This document shows, piece after piece, positions 42,270 to 54,558 of a stretch of DNA of 64,000 nt. Below the pieces are notes generated by a model. That model did no database searches, was not told the origin of the DNA, and was given only the letters and a program-made list of their open reading frames with translations. The stretch covers positions 14,818,001 to 14,882,000 of the forward strand of contig NW_027361825.1 of the NCBI RefSeq assembly GCF_039654945.1. The letters are read 5' to 3'. Positions within the stretch are counted from its first letter, which is position 1. Each line of letters starts with the position of its first letter. The position numbers were made by a program, and so were the translations under genes. Origin of the DNA: Dendrobates tinctorius (taxonomy: Eukaryota).

Positions 42270-43065
42270 GAATAGCGTGTAAGCTCTTATGGTCAGTGTC
42301 ATCAACTCTCCCTCTCTCTTCTGGAAAGTGTAAGCTCTTATCAGCAGGGTCCTCTTTCCTGTAGAGTGTAAACTCCTATGTTCAGTTGGATCCACTCTCC
42401 TTTGTAGAGTGTAAGCTCTTATGGTCAGAGCGGTCCTCTCTTCCTATCCTGTAAAGTGTAAGCTCTTATAGTTAGCTTGGTCCTCTCTTCCTCTCCTGAA
42501 GAGTCTAATCTCTTATGGTCAGTGGTTTTCTTTCTCCTGTAAAGAGTAAACTCTTATGGTCAGCAGGGTCCTCTCTCTCTTCTGTAGAGTGTAAGTTCTT
42601 ATGGAGAGCAAGGTTCTTTCTCTCCTGTAGAGTTTAAGCTTTTATGGTCATTGGGTCCTCATTCTTTGCTGTAAAGTGTAAGATCTTATGGTCAGTGGGG
42701 TTCTCTCTCTCTCTCCTGTGCAGTGTAAGCTCTTATAGTCAGAGCGATCCTCTCTCTCTCCTGTAGAGTATAAGCTCTTATTGTCAGCGAGGTCTTCTCT
42801 CTTTCCTATAGAGTGTAAGCTCTAATGGTCAATGTTATCATCTCTCTCTTTCCTGTAGAGTGTAAGCTCTTGTGGTCAGTGGAGTCCTCTCTCTTTCTCT
42901 CCTGTAGAATGTAAGCTCTTATGGTTAGCAAGGTCCTCTCGCTTTCTCCTGTAAAGTATAAGCTCAGTAGGGTCCGCTCTCTCTGTAAAGTGTAAGCTGT
43001 TATGATCAGCAAGAACGTCTTTCTCTGTAAAGTGTAAGATCTTAGGGTCGGCGGGGTTCTCACTC
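42270..43065. repeat. ~40-bp tandem array
   Basis: Roughly 19 diverged copies of TAGAGTGTAAGCTCTTATGGTCAGCAGGGTCCTCTCTC. Confidence 0.9.
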
Positions 43066-43262
43066 TTTCTTCTCCCCATGTGTATTTTCTGAGCATTTAC
43101 AAGCTTTCCCACATCGAAATTGAGCAAATTTTTTTTCCGTAAATTACATTTATTGGGGAAAATTTGTTGAATTTGAATTTCAAAAGATCTGCTCATCTTG
43201 AATCACTATTGTATTGACCGGTAGAATAACATTCACATGTCTCTTTTCCTGTGTAGTAAGTG

Positions 43263-43731
43263 CAGTGGCGTAGCAACTGTTTGTGGCGCCCAGGGCGGTC
43301 GAAAATTTGCCGCCCCTTTGGTCGTTGATAATCCGGAAGCATCCGAAGAGCCCACACTACACTCAAAGATCTAATTTTTAGTCTGCTACTAACTCTGCTG
43401 TTATTATGTCTACATTTCAAGACTTTCATCTTCTTGCAGTTCTCTATATATATATGTATGTATTAGCTTGATGATAATGGATGAAGACCTAATGGCTTTT
43501 TTAATAATAATTTTTAATAATGTGACAGAAAAAAAAACAGAAAGTACAAATTCTTTTCGAAACTTGGGAAAAGTTCAGCGGTGTTCGCCGGGCCGGAAGT
43601 GCGCTGCCACGCCCACGGTGGAGACACACAGATAGGTCCTGCTGGCTGCTGCACTGTGCCTCCGCGCTTCTCCCACAGAGGAGAGGAATTGCTGCTGCTA
43701 CCACGCCGCCCCCACACACGTGCCGCCTGGG
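43263..43731 (-). mobile_element. hAT-type MITE, truncated copy (inverted relative to 46028-46538)
   Basis: Begins with TIR CAGTGGCGTAGC; near-identical reverse complement of about 46058-46538; the inner TIR is missing. Confidence 0.85.
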
Positions 43732-43829
43732 AATACATTTTATTTTCTAAGGTCTGTGACAACCACGGGCGGAGCACACGTGTGCGCACACGGCCTCCAC
43801 CACAGTATATCAGCAGTGCATGGGTTACT

Positions 43830-44070
43830 TGTGGTCACGTGATACCAGTTCCACTTATTCCCTCCCACTTTCCCAGAGCGGTTTCCATAGGCTTGACGTA
43901 ACGCCTAACTCCGGTCACATGTCTCCTGTTTACGTTCATGCCTAGCTACTACAACTCCCAGAACACCCCGCGCCTTTAGCTTGTGGGATTTGTAGTTCTA
44001 GGTGCCATCAGGACAATAGACAACGGCTTCCAAAAGAACTACATGTCCCAGGATCCCGGGCGGGGATGAC
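43830..44070 (+). promoter_or_regulatory. Housekeeping-type promoter and putative exon 1 of the STK25-like gene
   Basis: Three ACTACAnnTCCCA (ZNF143/THAP11-type) motifs at 43948, 43984-43996 (reverse) and 44038. TGACGTAA CRE-like sites at 43894 and 44067, CACGTG E-box, GGGCGGGG GC box, and consensus donor GTAAGT at 44071. Confidence 0.7.
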
Positions 44071-44455
44071 GTAAGTACGTGTGTGGTATCAGGGAGGACT
44101 GTTTTGCTCTCTGTATAGAGCAGGCCAGCTATTAGGACCCTGTGTATTGCTGTGCTGAGTGGCTATGGCTCAGTGCTATGGGTTGCCATAGATTAGTATA
44201 GGAGGGAGCTGTGGTGTACTGGGCTCCATACATCCCAGCAGTAGGGACATTTTATCTCTGCACATTGCAGCCACTGCCTATGACTATTGGTAGCAGAACA
44301 GTCTCACAGCTGCTGCTTCTTGTCAGTGTGTTGCATTCAGGGCTGTGCAGATTATAGAGGGGGCGAGCGATGTGGGGCAAGTTGTGTGCGCTGTGCCGTC
44401 ACCCCCAGTCTATGGGTCACTGATCTGTCACTGAGCGGAATCAGATTGCTCCAGA

Positions 44456-44485
44456 ATGGCGCACCTACGGGACTTCCCATCACAG
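44456..44485 (+). CDS. STK25: STK25-like kinase, first coding exon portion (MAHLRDFPSQ)
   Basis: 10 codons resembling the STK25 N-terminus MAHLRGFANQ, ending at phase-0 donor CAG|GTAATT; likely acceptor TTCAG| at 44340. Confidence 0.85.
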
Positions 44486-45079
44486 GTAATTCTCACTCTT
44501 AATGCAGTACACCGCTATTGGGTCGCCCACCAAGAAGCCGCGCTAACTCCGCCAGCCTCCAGATCTGATAGGTAACGTGGCTTCTTCACGGGTCTGTTTT
44601 CGTTGCATCGTGTCTGTTGTGCACTAGTCTCATGAGCTGCACCTGCACTAACCGGCTCCAGAGTTGCGCACTCAGCACTGATCCACGTACAGCAGTACAG
44701 AATGAGCCTCAGGGATCAGCTGAAAGAATGTCGCCTTCAGGCAGTCGTTATTTTTCCCATGCAGATTGGAAAGTGAAGACCGTTTGTGGTTGATTTCAGA
44801 AAAACAAAACTGATTGTGATTTAATATCAAAGTGACTGCTGTCTGTACACAGAATCCACCACTGGTTATTGCTACACGAGGAGGACTGTGACCGGTATAA
44901 CTGCCCGGCGCAGCCTGCATTACGCCACCACTTGCCCCGGGCTTTGTATACAGAATTCAGTAAAGGAAATGGGACGGGGGGACGGAGGGAAGCAGCTGCT
45001 GTCATGTGACGACTCATCTAGAAAGTAAATGGCAAAGGCACTAGGTATTGTGGCTTTCTGATTATTTCTTCCTCTGTAG

Positions 45080-45310
45080 GGATCGAGAATGGACCCAGAA
45101 CGCCTCTTCACCAAGCTGGAGCGCATTGGGAGGGGATCATTTGGAGAAGTGTACAAAGGTATAGAGAATCGCAGCAAAGAAGTGGTGGCCATCAAGATCA
45201 TAGACCTGGAAGAGGCAGAAGATGAGATTGAGGACATTCAACAAGAGATCACTGTTCTGAGCCAGTGTGACAGTCCTTATATCAATCGCTATTATGGCTC
45301 CTACCTGAAG
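45080..45310 (+). CDS. STK25: STK25-like (GCKIII/YSK1) kinase, second coding exon (N-lobe)
   Basis: 231-nt phase 0/0 exon bounded by CTCTGTAG| and |GTAACG. Encodes GSRMDPERLFTKLERIGRGSFGEVYKG...KEVVAIKIIDLEEAEDEIEDIQQEITVLSQCDSPYINRYYGSYLK; VYKG, KEVVA and PYI.RY favour STK25 over STK24/26. Confidence 0.92.
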
Positions 45311-45374
45311 GTAACGTCCTAAACCTTTATTAATGCGCTCTGTACTAGGAAACTGAGTCTCGATGGGAGACTTA

Positions 45375-45780
45375 GGCCAGCGTCACACTACCGTGGAATA
45401 CGGACAAGTGCTATGCGAGAAAACATTGCATAGCACTCATTCTAGTGTTATTCTTTGGGGCAGATCATATCTGCGATTTTCTCATGCTGAATCGGTCGCT
45501 GCATGCTGCGATTGGCAATGAGACTTGGCCGAGTCTTGGCTCACTTGCATCTATGGGTGCGAATGACACAACGCACATCACTCGGATATAATCTGAGTGC
45601 GGTGCGATGTACGGTGACGCCGGCAATGGAGGAGATGGAGAAACTACTTTCTCCACCTCCTCCGCAGCTGTGCTCTGATCAGCTCTGTGTGAGAGGATGG
45701 GAGTGCAGTAGCAGGACACTCGACTCACACTCGCAGCAGAGCTATCGCATCGGATGCCATACGCTAGTGTGACCCCAGCC
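45375..45780. mobile_element. PIF/Harbinger-type MITE
   Basis: TIRs GGCCAGCGTCACACTA / TAGTGTGACCCCAGCC flanked by TTA. Confidence 0.7.
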
Positions 45781-46027
45781 TTAAAGGGATTGTTCAGCCC
45801 AAAGTGTTGCAAAGCACAAAGAAATTAAACTTTCTTATCCTCAAAGTGTCCTGATTTCTATGTCAGTTCAGGGAGCTTCACTTCCATTTTCGTTTTCAAC
45901 CAGTAGAGCGCTCCCTGTCTATCTCTGCGCAACACGTTGGCTAATATTATGAGCACCCAGATTTCTTAAGACGAGCTGATGGCTGCTATCAAAGCAACCT
46001 GGGCTTCCATAACACCTCAGCAGTGCC

Positions 46028-46538
46028 CAGTGGCGTAGCGTGGGGGGGCGGTCCGCCCCAGGTGGCACGTGTGTGGGGGCGGCGCGGCAGCAGCAGCAAT
46101 TCCTCTCCTCTGTGGGAGAAGCGCGGAGGCACAGTGCAGCAGCAGCAGCCAGCAGGACCTGTCTGTGTATCTCCACCGTGGGCGTGGCAGCGCACTTCCG
46201 GCCCGGCGAACACCGCTGAACTTTACCCAAGTTTCGAAAATAATTTGTACTTTGTTTTTTTTTCTGTCACATTATTAAAAATTATTATTAAAAAGCCATT
46301 AGGTCTTCATCCAGCATCATCAAGCTAATACATACATATATATACTGTATATAGAGAGAACTGCAAGAAGATGAAAGTCTTGATGTGTAGACATAATAAC
46401 AGCAGAGTTAGTAGCAGACTAAAAATTAGATCTTTGAGTGTAGTGTGGGCTCTTCGGATGCTTCCGGATTATCAATGACCAAAGGGGCGGCAAATTTTTC
46501 GACCGCCCCGGGCGCCACAAATAGTTGCTACTCCACTG
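46028..46538 (+). mobile_element. hAT-type MITE, complete copy
   Basis: TIRs CAGTGGCGTAGC / GCTACTCCACTG; abuts a Tc1 3' fragment (about 45965-46027); no 8-bp TSD. Confidence 0.85.
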
Positions 46539-47142
46539 ACTTTATGTAACATTGATCATAATTATTCTCTTAGGAATTGCTATTAATACAATATTTAATT
46601 TACCGTACATTAATATTTCATCCCCAGCCTGAAGATGTTTTGCTCATCTAGATAGGTACAATTTGGCTCCTTCATGTGACACGTATTAGCACTGCCAAAT
46701 ACTTTTAGTTTCCTTTTCATTAGAGTCACTCACATCCTTCTGCTGTTCATATGTCATTGGGTAGACAATACTTTATTTGTACATCATAATCTGGGCGTGA
46801 TCGGCGCAAGAAAAAACTAATGAAGGAGACTTTAAATAGACATAAAGACTAAACTGCCAATGTATGCATCATCCATAAATACCTTTTGCATCATAACTAG
46901 ATAAACAAGCTACCTACTAACTGAATAAAAGCTGGGTTATTTCTATAGTGACAGTAATAGAAGCACAGCAGGTGATACAACACTTCATCAGGTAAGTGCA
47001 TGTCTGCTGATAATATGTTGATATAGTGGTGGAGAACATTACTGCTGGAGAAATGGGCAAAAACCAGCAAAAAAAAATCTACTTCAAAATCAATTCAAAT
47101 CTACAAATATTATTAATTAACGGCAGGCACAGACGCGATTAT

Positions 47143-47825
47143 CTCCCATCCTGGAATATGTCCCTTATCCTGGCCCCATCCTGGTATATACATCCCCCAT
47201 TGTGGTATATGTCCCCTATCCTGGCCCAATCCTGGTATATACATCCCCCATTGTGGTATATGTCCCCTATCCTGGCCCAATCCAGTTATATATATCCCCC
47301 ATCCTGGTATACATCCTGGTATATACATCCCCCATCCTGGTATACATATCCCCCATCCTGGTATATGTCCCTTATCCTGAACCCATCCTGGTAAATATAT
47401 CCCCCATCCTGCTACATATATCCCCCATCTTGGTATATATACCCCCTATCCTGGTATATATATATCCCCCATCTTTGTATATACAGTATATATTCCCCAT
47501 CCTGGTATATGTCCCTTATCCTGACCCCATCATGGTATATATATCCCCCATCTTTGTATATTATTATTATTGCTTATTATTATTATGCATTTATATAGCG
47601 CCATTTATTCCATGGCACTTTACATGTCAAAAGGGGAATAATAGACAAGTGTAATATATGCAAGAATAATAAACAAGTGTAAGACAAGGGACACACAAGT
47701 ACATAAGGAGAGGGGACCCTGCCCGCGAGGTCTCACAGTCTACAGGGGTATATACAGTATATATTCCCCATCCTGGTATATGTCCCTTATTCTGACCCCA
47801 TCCTGTTATATATATCCCCCATCCT
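47143..47825. repeat. ~21-bp minisatellite with an inserted L2-type 3' fragment (about 47560-47745)
   Basis: CCCCATCCTGGTATATAT units, interrupted by (TAT)n-ATTTATATAGCGCC...GACCCTGCCCGCGAGG, which resembles the L2 tail at 53120-53285. Confidence 0.75.
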
Positions 47826-50800
47826 ATATGTTCATTGGATTTATGCCAAATGTTTACAATTTTATTTTAATTGCTTGTCCAAATACATGAAACAATAAAT
47901 TAGACCTGTTTCACTTCCTCCCCCCTTTGCAAGAGTCATGATTTTTTTATTCTTCCATCCACATCACTGTATAATTTTTTTTGTTTTTCTTTTGAGGTTT
48001 GAGTTGTAGTTTTGAATGACATCATTTAATCAATTGATAGACTGGAAAAGGGCAAATTGATTAAAATAATTCCAAGTGTTGTGAAATTGCACAAAAACCA
48101 CAATTTCACTAATTCATTGTGCAGTGAAAATTAACCTGATAATATACCACAGATCAAAGAAATGACAGAGATACCTAACTTGTATAGAATTTTTTTTATT
48201 TAAGTGGTGAAAAAAATATAGAAATTTTGAAAAAAAAATCCACAATTTTTTAAGACCTGTGACGTTTTCATTTTTACATCGGTGGAGATGTGAGGATTTT
48301 TTTGCATGGGCAGTTTATGTTTTTATTGATACCATTTTGAGGTTGATGCACCTTTTTGATCGCTTCATAATGCATTATTTTGCGGTGCTGTTAAACCTGA
48401 AAAAACACAATATTAGCATTTTGATTTTTTATGTGGTTAATCAATAATTTATTTTCATATATCAGACTTACTGACACTGCGATGCTACAAATGAAATATT
48501 CTACTGAAGAGGTTCAAATGGAGAACTGTTAAAATGAAGGAACGCCAAAGAATATATAAAATATAACTTTTAATCAAAATCAATTAAAAAGGACAAACAA
48601 CGACCAACAGACATAGACACCACACTTAAAAGTGCATTCTGAGTTCTCCCAGTGATAAGCGACCAAAACTGAGCACTTGCCTACCAGCAGAGGTTGGCAC
48701 CTTAAATGATACTGCATGCAATAGGCGGCCCAGCTCCTCAGTGGCTGTCCCACTCTGCCCTGGAGCACCCTATAAATTGGTCATGGAAAAATGACCAGAA
48801 TGACTGGGTAACATGTGGAGGTATATGGTGTTGGTCAATTAATGGGAGAAAAATAGTAGAAAAGAACGGCACTCACCGGGTAGTATAGTCAAGGCTTTAT
48901 TGTAAAAGCATATCAGCGGGAGAACGGGTGCAAAAAGGGAATTAGACCTACCGGTAATTCTGTTTCCTGTAGTCCCTCAGGACAGCACCATGGAGGACGT
49001 CCTTCCTTGCCCTATAGTGGGACAGGATCAGAGAGAGGTTAAAAGGCCCCTCCCACCTCCACCCTCCAGCGTTTTTTCAAAGTACCACCGTGGATGGATG
49101 GAAATGGTCTAAACACGCCCTTACAAACGCGTCTGTAAGACCCTTTAGCGGCTCCATCCCCATCTCGAGCCACGATGACCTGATGGATGAACAATCTGCC
49201 GATCGATTCCATGCAAGCCTAAAGACAAACATAAGGGAGGGAACTAAGGGTGCTGTCCTGAGGGACTACAGGAAACAGAATTACCGGTAGGTCTAATTCC
49301 CTTTTTCCCTTACGTCCCTCCGGACAGCACCATGGAGAATACCAAAGCAAAGGTCTCAGGGTGGGTACAGAAGCCCCCAGATCAAAGTTCTAGGTAAAAA
49401 CCAGTCTAGATCTAGACATTATCTATAAGATGAGAGGAAATCTAGATATCGAAAGGGATCTACAAAGGTAATCACCGTAGTGAGTGTCTGATATATGTCT
49501 ATAATGGCCAATTTCAGTATGAATGTGGCAAACAAGATTTGCAGTGGAACAACCTGTTGCACCCCAATACCACTAATAAACTGCAGTGAATTACAGTTAT
49601 TGTGATAGATACTTATGAACACCGCAGTCACAGAAATAGGATTAAAACCTTATTGCCCAGCAAAAGGTATGGTGATAACTACAGCCATAATACAAAGAGG
49701 ACTGTACAGACCGTTAATTCGCTGTATGTGCTTATAATACAGGATAGTTCCTTCGTCGGTCCTCCTGGGCTCGGCTTAAACCTTGGCTAGAGACCACCTT
49801 ACCATACTACAAGGAAACCTGCAGGCCAGAGACCATGCTCCGCTGGAAGATCAGAGCAATAACAGTACATGGAAAATAGCGGAGTATTGAGACGTATGTA
49901 CCCTACTCATCCAGGAGATCATGTGTATTCTGAATCCTTTACATGTCCAAACCTCAAGAAAGGGTTGGCTATTATTTAAGACTAAGGAAATACTCCATCT
50001 GGCAGGTAACTAGTCCTGCCACTACCAACATTGGCTTTTCATTAGAAGCATTGAAAGGGAAATGTGGATCCTCACGCCTGTTTTACTGATGTTAGACACT
50101 GGAGTCTGGACTTTGGAACTGAGGAGAGTAAGTGTGTGCTTCTATACAAGTCATTAGCCCAGACACTGTAAATGTGTCAACTTATTCATATGTTATATCC
50201 TAAAAGGCAATCTTCTTAGAGATATTTATACCACTGACTGCTATGGTGCGAGGAACCACACTCTATAACTAGAGGGAAGTAGGTTTCCTCCCATCGCAGA
50301 GGGGATTGACTACTGCGAGGCAGATGGGCTATGGGTTCTCGACTGCAAGAGTCATGGATACCGCTTCTTTACGTTAGGAGCCCTGACTCCCGTAAGAGCA
50401 GCGAGTATGGGATCCTCTGCCACCTGACGCAGGGCTGCTGAAACGCCACCAGGTACAAAAAGTAGTGATGCCACCCCTGGTAAACATAATACAACTGATT
50501 TATAGGACAAGAATCTGCCTAATGGGTCTCTATCAAGGAAACCAGTCCGACTGCTCTATGTGGAGTCGGGAAGAATTGTTTCCTCCCACCTTATGGGATT
50601 TTCTGCACCCAGACTATGTCCACTTAAAGGATGAACCCCAAAGACGTATGTCTCCCTTTAAAAGTTAACTATGAGAGGGACCTGCCTTTAGCCCTGAAGA
50701 CAGTAACTCACTTGAGGGTTCTGTTCCAAATAGAAGAAATGTTAAGTTACTAGGCCAATTCAAGCATAACTGTTCGTCTGGCTAAGTCCAGTTGCCAACA

Positions 50801-51039
50801 ATGAAGCAACAGAAACTGGGTCTAGGCCCGAAACACAAAGACCAGAGTTGGGGCCTGAGACAAAATGTGAAGTGGTAGGCCAACCATACAAGGTGTGGCC
50901 CACAAAAATGCCCAAGTCAGAAGGTCTAAGCCAGAGGCCCAAAGCCACAGCACCAGAGGTATTATGAAGCACAGAGGTATTAGGACCCATAAATGACCCC
51001 CTGAGGCGCAGGGGTACCAAAGCCTTATGACGCCATATG

Positions 51040-52080
51040 ATGCACAGAAGCCTTATGCTGTACAGAAGCGCCATGACGCAATATGATGTGCCAAGACACT
51101 ATGGGGCGCTATGAAGCAATATGATGCATAGAGCCACTATGAAGGCTTATGATGCAATATGATGCACCAAGGGACTATGAAGCTATATGATGCAGTATGA
51201 CGCACAGACACTATAGAGCTCTATGGTGCAGCACAAAGGCACCATGAAGCCACATAGTGGAATACGCTGCATAGAGGCACCATGATGCCGCATGGTGAAC
51301 AGAGGCACTATGCAGCCCCCTGATGCAGTCTGATGCACAAGGGAACTATGAAGCCACATGATGTACAAAGGCACTATGAAGCCATATGATGCACAGAGGT
51401 ACTATGAAGCACAATGATGCCACGTGAAGCGCAATGATGCAATATGAAGCGCAATGATGCAATATGAGGCACACTGATGCAATATGATGCAATATGAAGC
51501 ACAATGATGCAATGTGATGCAATATGAAGCACAATGATGCAATATGATGCACAATGATACAATATGATGCACAATGATACAATATGATGCACAATGATGC
51601 AATATGATGCACAATGATGCAATATGAAGCACAATGATGCGATATGATGCAATATGAAGGACAATGATGCAATATGAAGCACAATGATGCAATGAGGCAC
51701 AATGATGCAATATGAGGCACAATGTTGCAATATGATGCACAATGATGCACAGAGGCCGTATGATGCACAGCGGCAGTATGGCGCACGGCGGCAACATATC
51801 GTGCACGGCAGCAGTGTATCGTGCGCAGCGGCCGTGTATCGTGCGCAGCGGCCATGTATCGTGCGCAGCGGCCATATATCATGCAAAGCGGCCATATGTC
51901 GTGCACAGCGGCCATATGTCGTGCACAGCGGCCATATGTCATGCACAGCGGCCATATGTCGTGCACAGCGGCCATATGTCGTGCACAGCGGCCATATATC
52001 GTGCACAGCGATACGATGTTCAGCGGCGATACGATGCACAGAGACAAAACGATGCCCCTATGATGTAATATGATGCACAG
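51040..52080. repeat. Compound minisatellite inside the DIRS element
   Basis: GCACAATGATGCAATATGAT and GTGCACAGCGGCCATATGTC 20-mers. Confidence 0.9.
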
Positions 52081-53118
52081 ATTACAGCCCTGCTTGAAGG
52101 TGCCAAACAAGAGGCCAGGTCCCCAGCTACCTCCAAGAGAGCAATCAGAGATCCGGATAAACCTCCGCTCTGAATAGTATATCTCAATTGTCAGACCAGC
52201 TCCACCTGAAGGAGCTAATTAAAGAGACTCAGGTGGAGAGCAGATTCCCTGGAGACCCTGTGTTGCATTCCACCATGTGTCCAGCCATAAGGCTCTGTGC
52301 AGACCTGGTCTGCAACTAACTGAGGTCCCATTATGAGATGTAGCTTGGACAAATGGCCTTACTATAGCCTAGAGGTCCAAGGCCTAGCTGCTTATATGTG
52401 GAGCATATCTCAGCACATGAGGCTCTAGGCCCAGCTTTGGCACCAAGGCATGAGGCTAGTATTAACCCAGAGGCCAGGCCCTGAACATAACATTCCAGCG
52501 TGCACTCACCTGTGCTGGCTCCACACCTGCTAGAAAGACAGGGGGAGCTGGTAACGCCGAGAGCCTACCATGGAGGGAAGTGGCGTTCGGTCAGGAATGT
52601 TGTATTACTGCCAGTGATTTCCTTTCATGTGCCCCACGAGATCCAAGAAACTAGGCTGTTGCCTGTCTCGTTCTGCACTTCCGCGTTCTGCCGTGGAACG
52701 CACGCCGACCTTATGCTGACGTTGCCGGAGGCGCGGCGGCCTTCTCCACCGCATGTTTTCCGGAATTAGCCATGTTTTGCCGGCCGGCGTCCGAGCCGAG
52801 AGACTCCCACCGGGAGGAGCGGCTCAACCCAGGAGCACGTCCGCTCGACTGGTCTCTGGGGCAGAGGGACTCCCCACCGGAGAGTGTCGGCCCTGGGCCC
52901 CTTGACAGGGGGAAGGATTGGACGCGCCGCACGATCCCCCTGAGCCCATCATGCAGGCTGGCTGAGGAACTTCTCCAAGAGGTGTCAGCCACGGTCCACT
53001 TGACAGCGGGGAAGAGAGGGCTGAGACCCCCAATCCCGTCTGGTACAACGAATGATGGCTGAGGGACCTCTCCCAGAGAGGAATCAGCCACAGACCACCT
53101 GCCAGGGGAATGGAAAGC

Positions 53119-54558
53119 AATAAATAATAATAATAATAATAATTTTTTATTTATATAGCGCCAACATATTCCGCAGCACTTTACAATTAAGCGGGGACAT
53201 GTACAGACAATAAATTCAATACAAGTTAAGACAATTCAAACAGTGACATTAGGAGTGAGGTCCCTGCTCGCAAGCTTACAATCTACAAGGAAATGGGGGG
53301 ACACAGTAGGTGAAAAATGCTTGTTAATTCAGGTCTGGCAATTATAATAGGGATTTTCATATAAAGCTGCATGATCCGGTCATCAGCCCGTGTGTTTAAG
53401 TGCAATAGACAAGTATCAAGTGCAGTTATCATGTGCATGAAGGGTGGGGAGACAGATGAATAGTAGGGTGCAGATTCAGAATAATATTTGGAAGAAGGGA
53501 ACAGGGCAAAGTTAGCTTGCTGGGTAGTTGATGTGGTAGGCTTGTTTGAAGAGATGGGTTTTCAAAGCGCGCTTGAATAGGTCAGGGCTAGGTATCAGTC
53601 TGATCGCCTGGGGAAGTGCATTCCAGAGAGCTGGAGCAGCACGAGAGAAGTCTTGGAGGCGGAGGTGCGAGGTTCGGATTACGGGGGATGTTAGTCTTAG
53701 GTCATTTGTAGAACGGAGGGCACGTGTAGGGCGATAGACAGAGATGAGAGAGGAGATATAAGGCGGTGCAGAACAGTGGAGAGCTTTGTGGGTGAGAGAG
53801 ATGAGTTTATACTGGACCCTGTAGCGAATAGGTAGCCAGTGTAATGACTGGCACAAGATGGAGGCATCGGTGAAGCGGCTGGACAGAAATATGACCCTGG
53901 CTGCCGCATTCAAGATGGATTGGAGAGGAGAAAGTTTGGTAAGAGGGAGACCGATCAGAAGAGAGTTGCAGTAGTCCAGGCGAGAATGAATAAGAGCGAC
54001 AGTAAGAGTCTTAGCAGTTTCAAAGGTGAGAAAAGGTCGGATTCTGGAGATGTTTTTAAGATGCAGGTGACAAGAGCGACTGAGTGATCGGATGTACGGA
54101 GTAAAGGAAAGTTCAGTGTCGAATATGACCCCAAGACAGCGGGCATGCTGCTTGGGAGTTATGGTTGAACCCTCCAGGGTTATTTCGATGTTAGGTAGAG
54201 TGAGGTTAGTAGAGGGGAGAAACACAAGAAGTTCAGTTTTAGAGAGATTTAGTTTCAGATAGAGGGAGGACATGATGCTAGAGACAGCAGACAGACAATC
54301 CTTGGTATTTTGAATTAGGGTAGGGGTGATGTCAGGGGAAGAAGTGTATAATTGGGTGTCATCAGCATAGAGATGATACTGGAACCCAAATCTGCTGATT
54401 GTTTGTCCAATAGGGGCAGTGTATAAAGAGAAGAGGAGGGGGCCTAGGACTGAGCCCTGCGGGACCCCGATAGTAAGGGGACGAGAAGAGGAAGAGGAGC
54501 CGGAAAAAGATACAGTGAAGGAGCGGTCAGAGAGGTAGGAGGAGAACGAGGAGAGGGC
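53119..54558 (-). mobile_element. 5'-truncated L2 (CR1/L2 group) LINE nested in the DIRS element
   Basis: RT motifs [46 protein letters not shown] (ORF to stop at 53512); (TTA)n-type tail at 53120-53143; AATAAAT at both junctions. Confidence 0.93.

Noticed and set aside
42270-43065. CRISPR-like regularly spaced repeats
   Set aside because: Eukaryotic context, no unique spacers and no cas genes; an ordinary tandem array.
51346-52110. His/Cys-rich ORFs resembling metal-binding proteins
   Set aside because: Products of 20-bp minisatellites inside the DIRS element.
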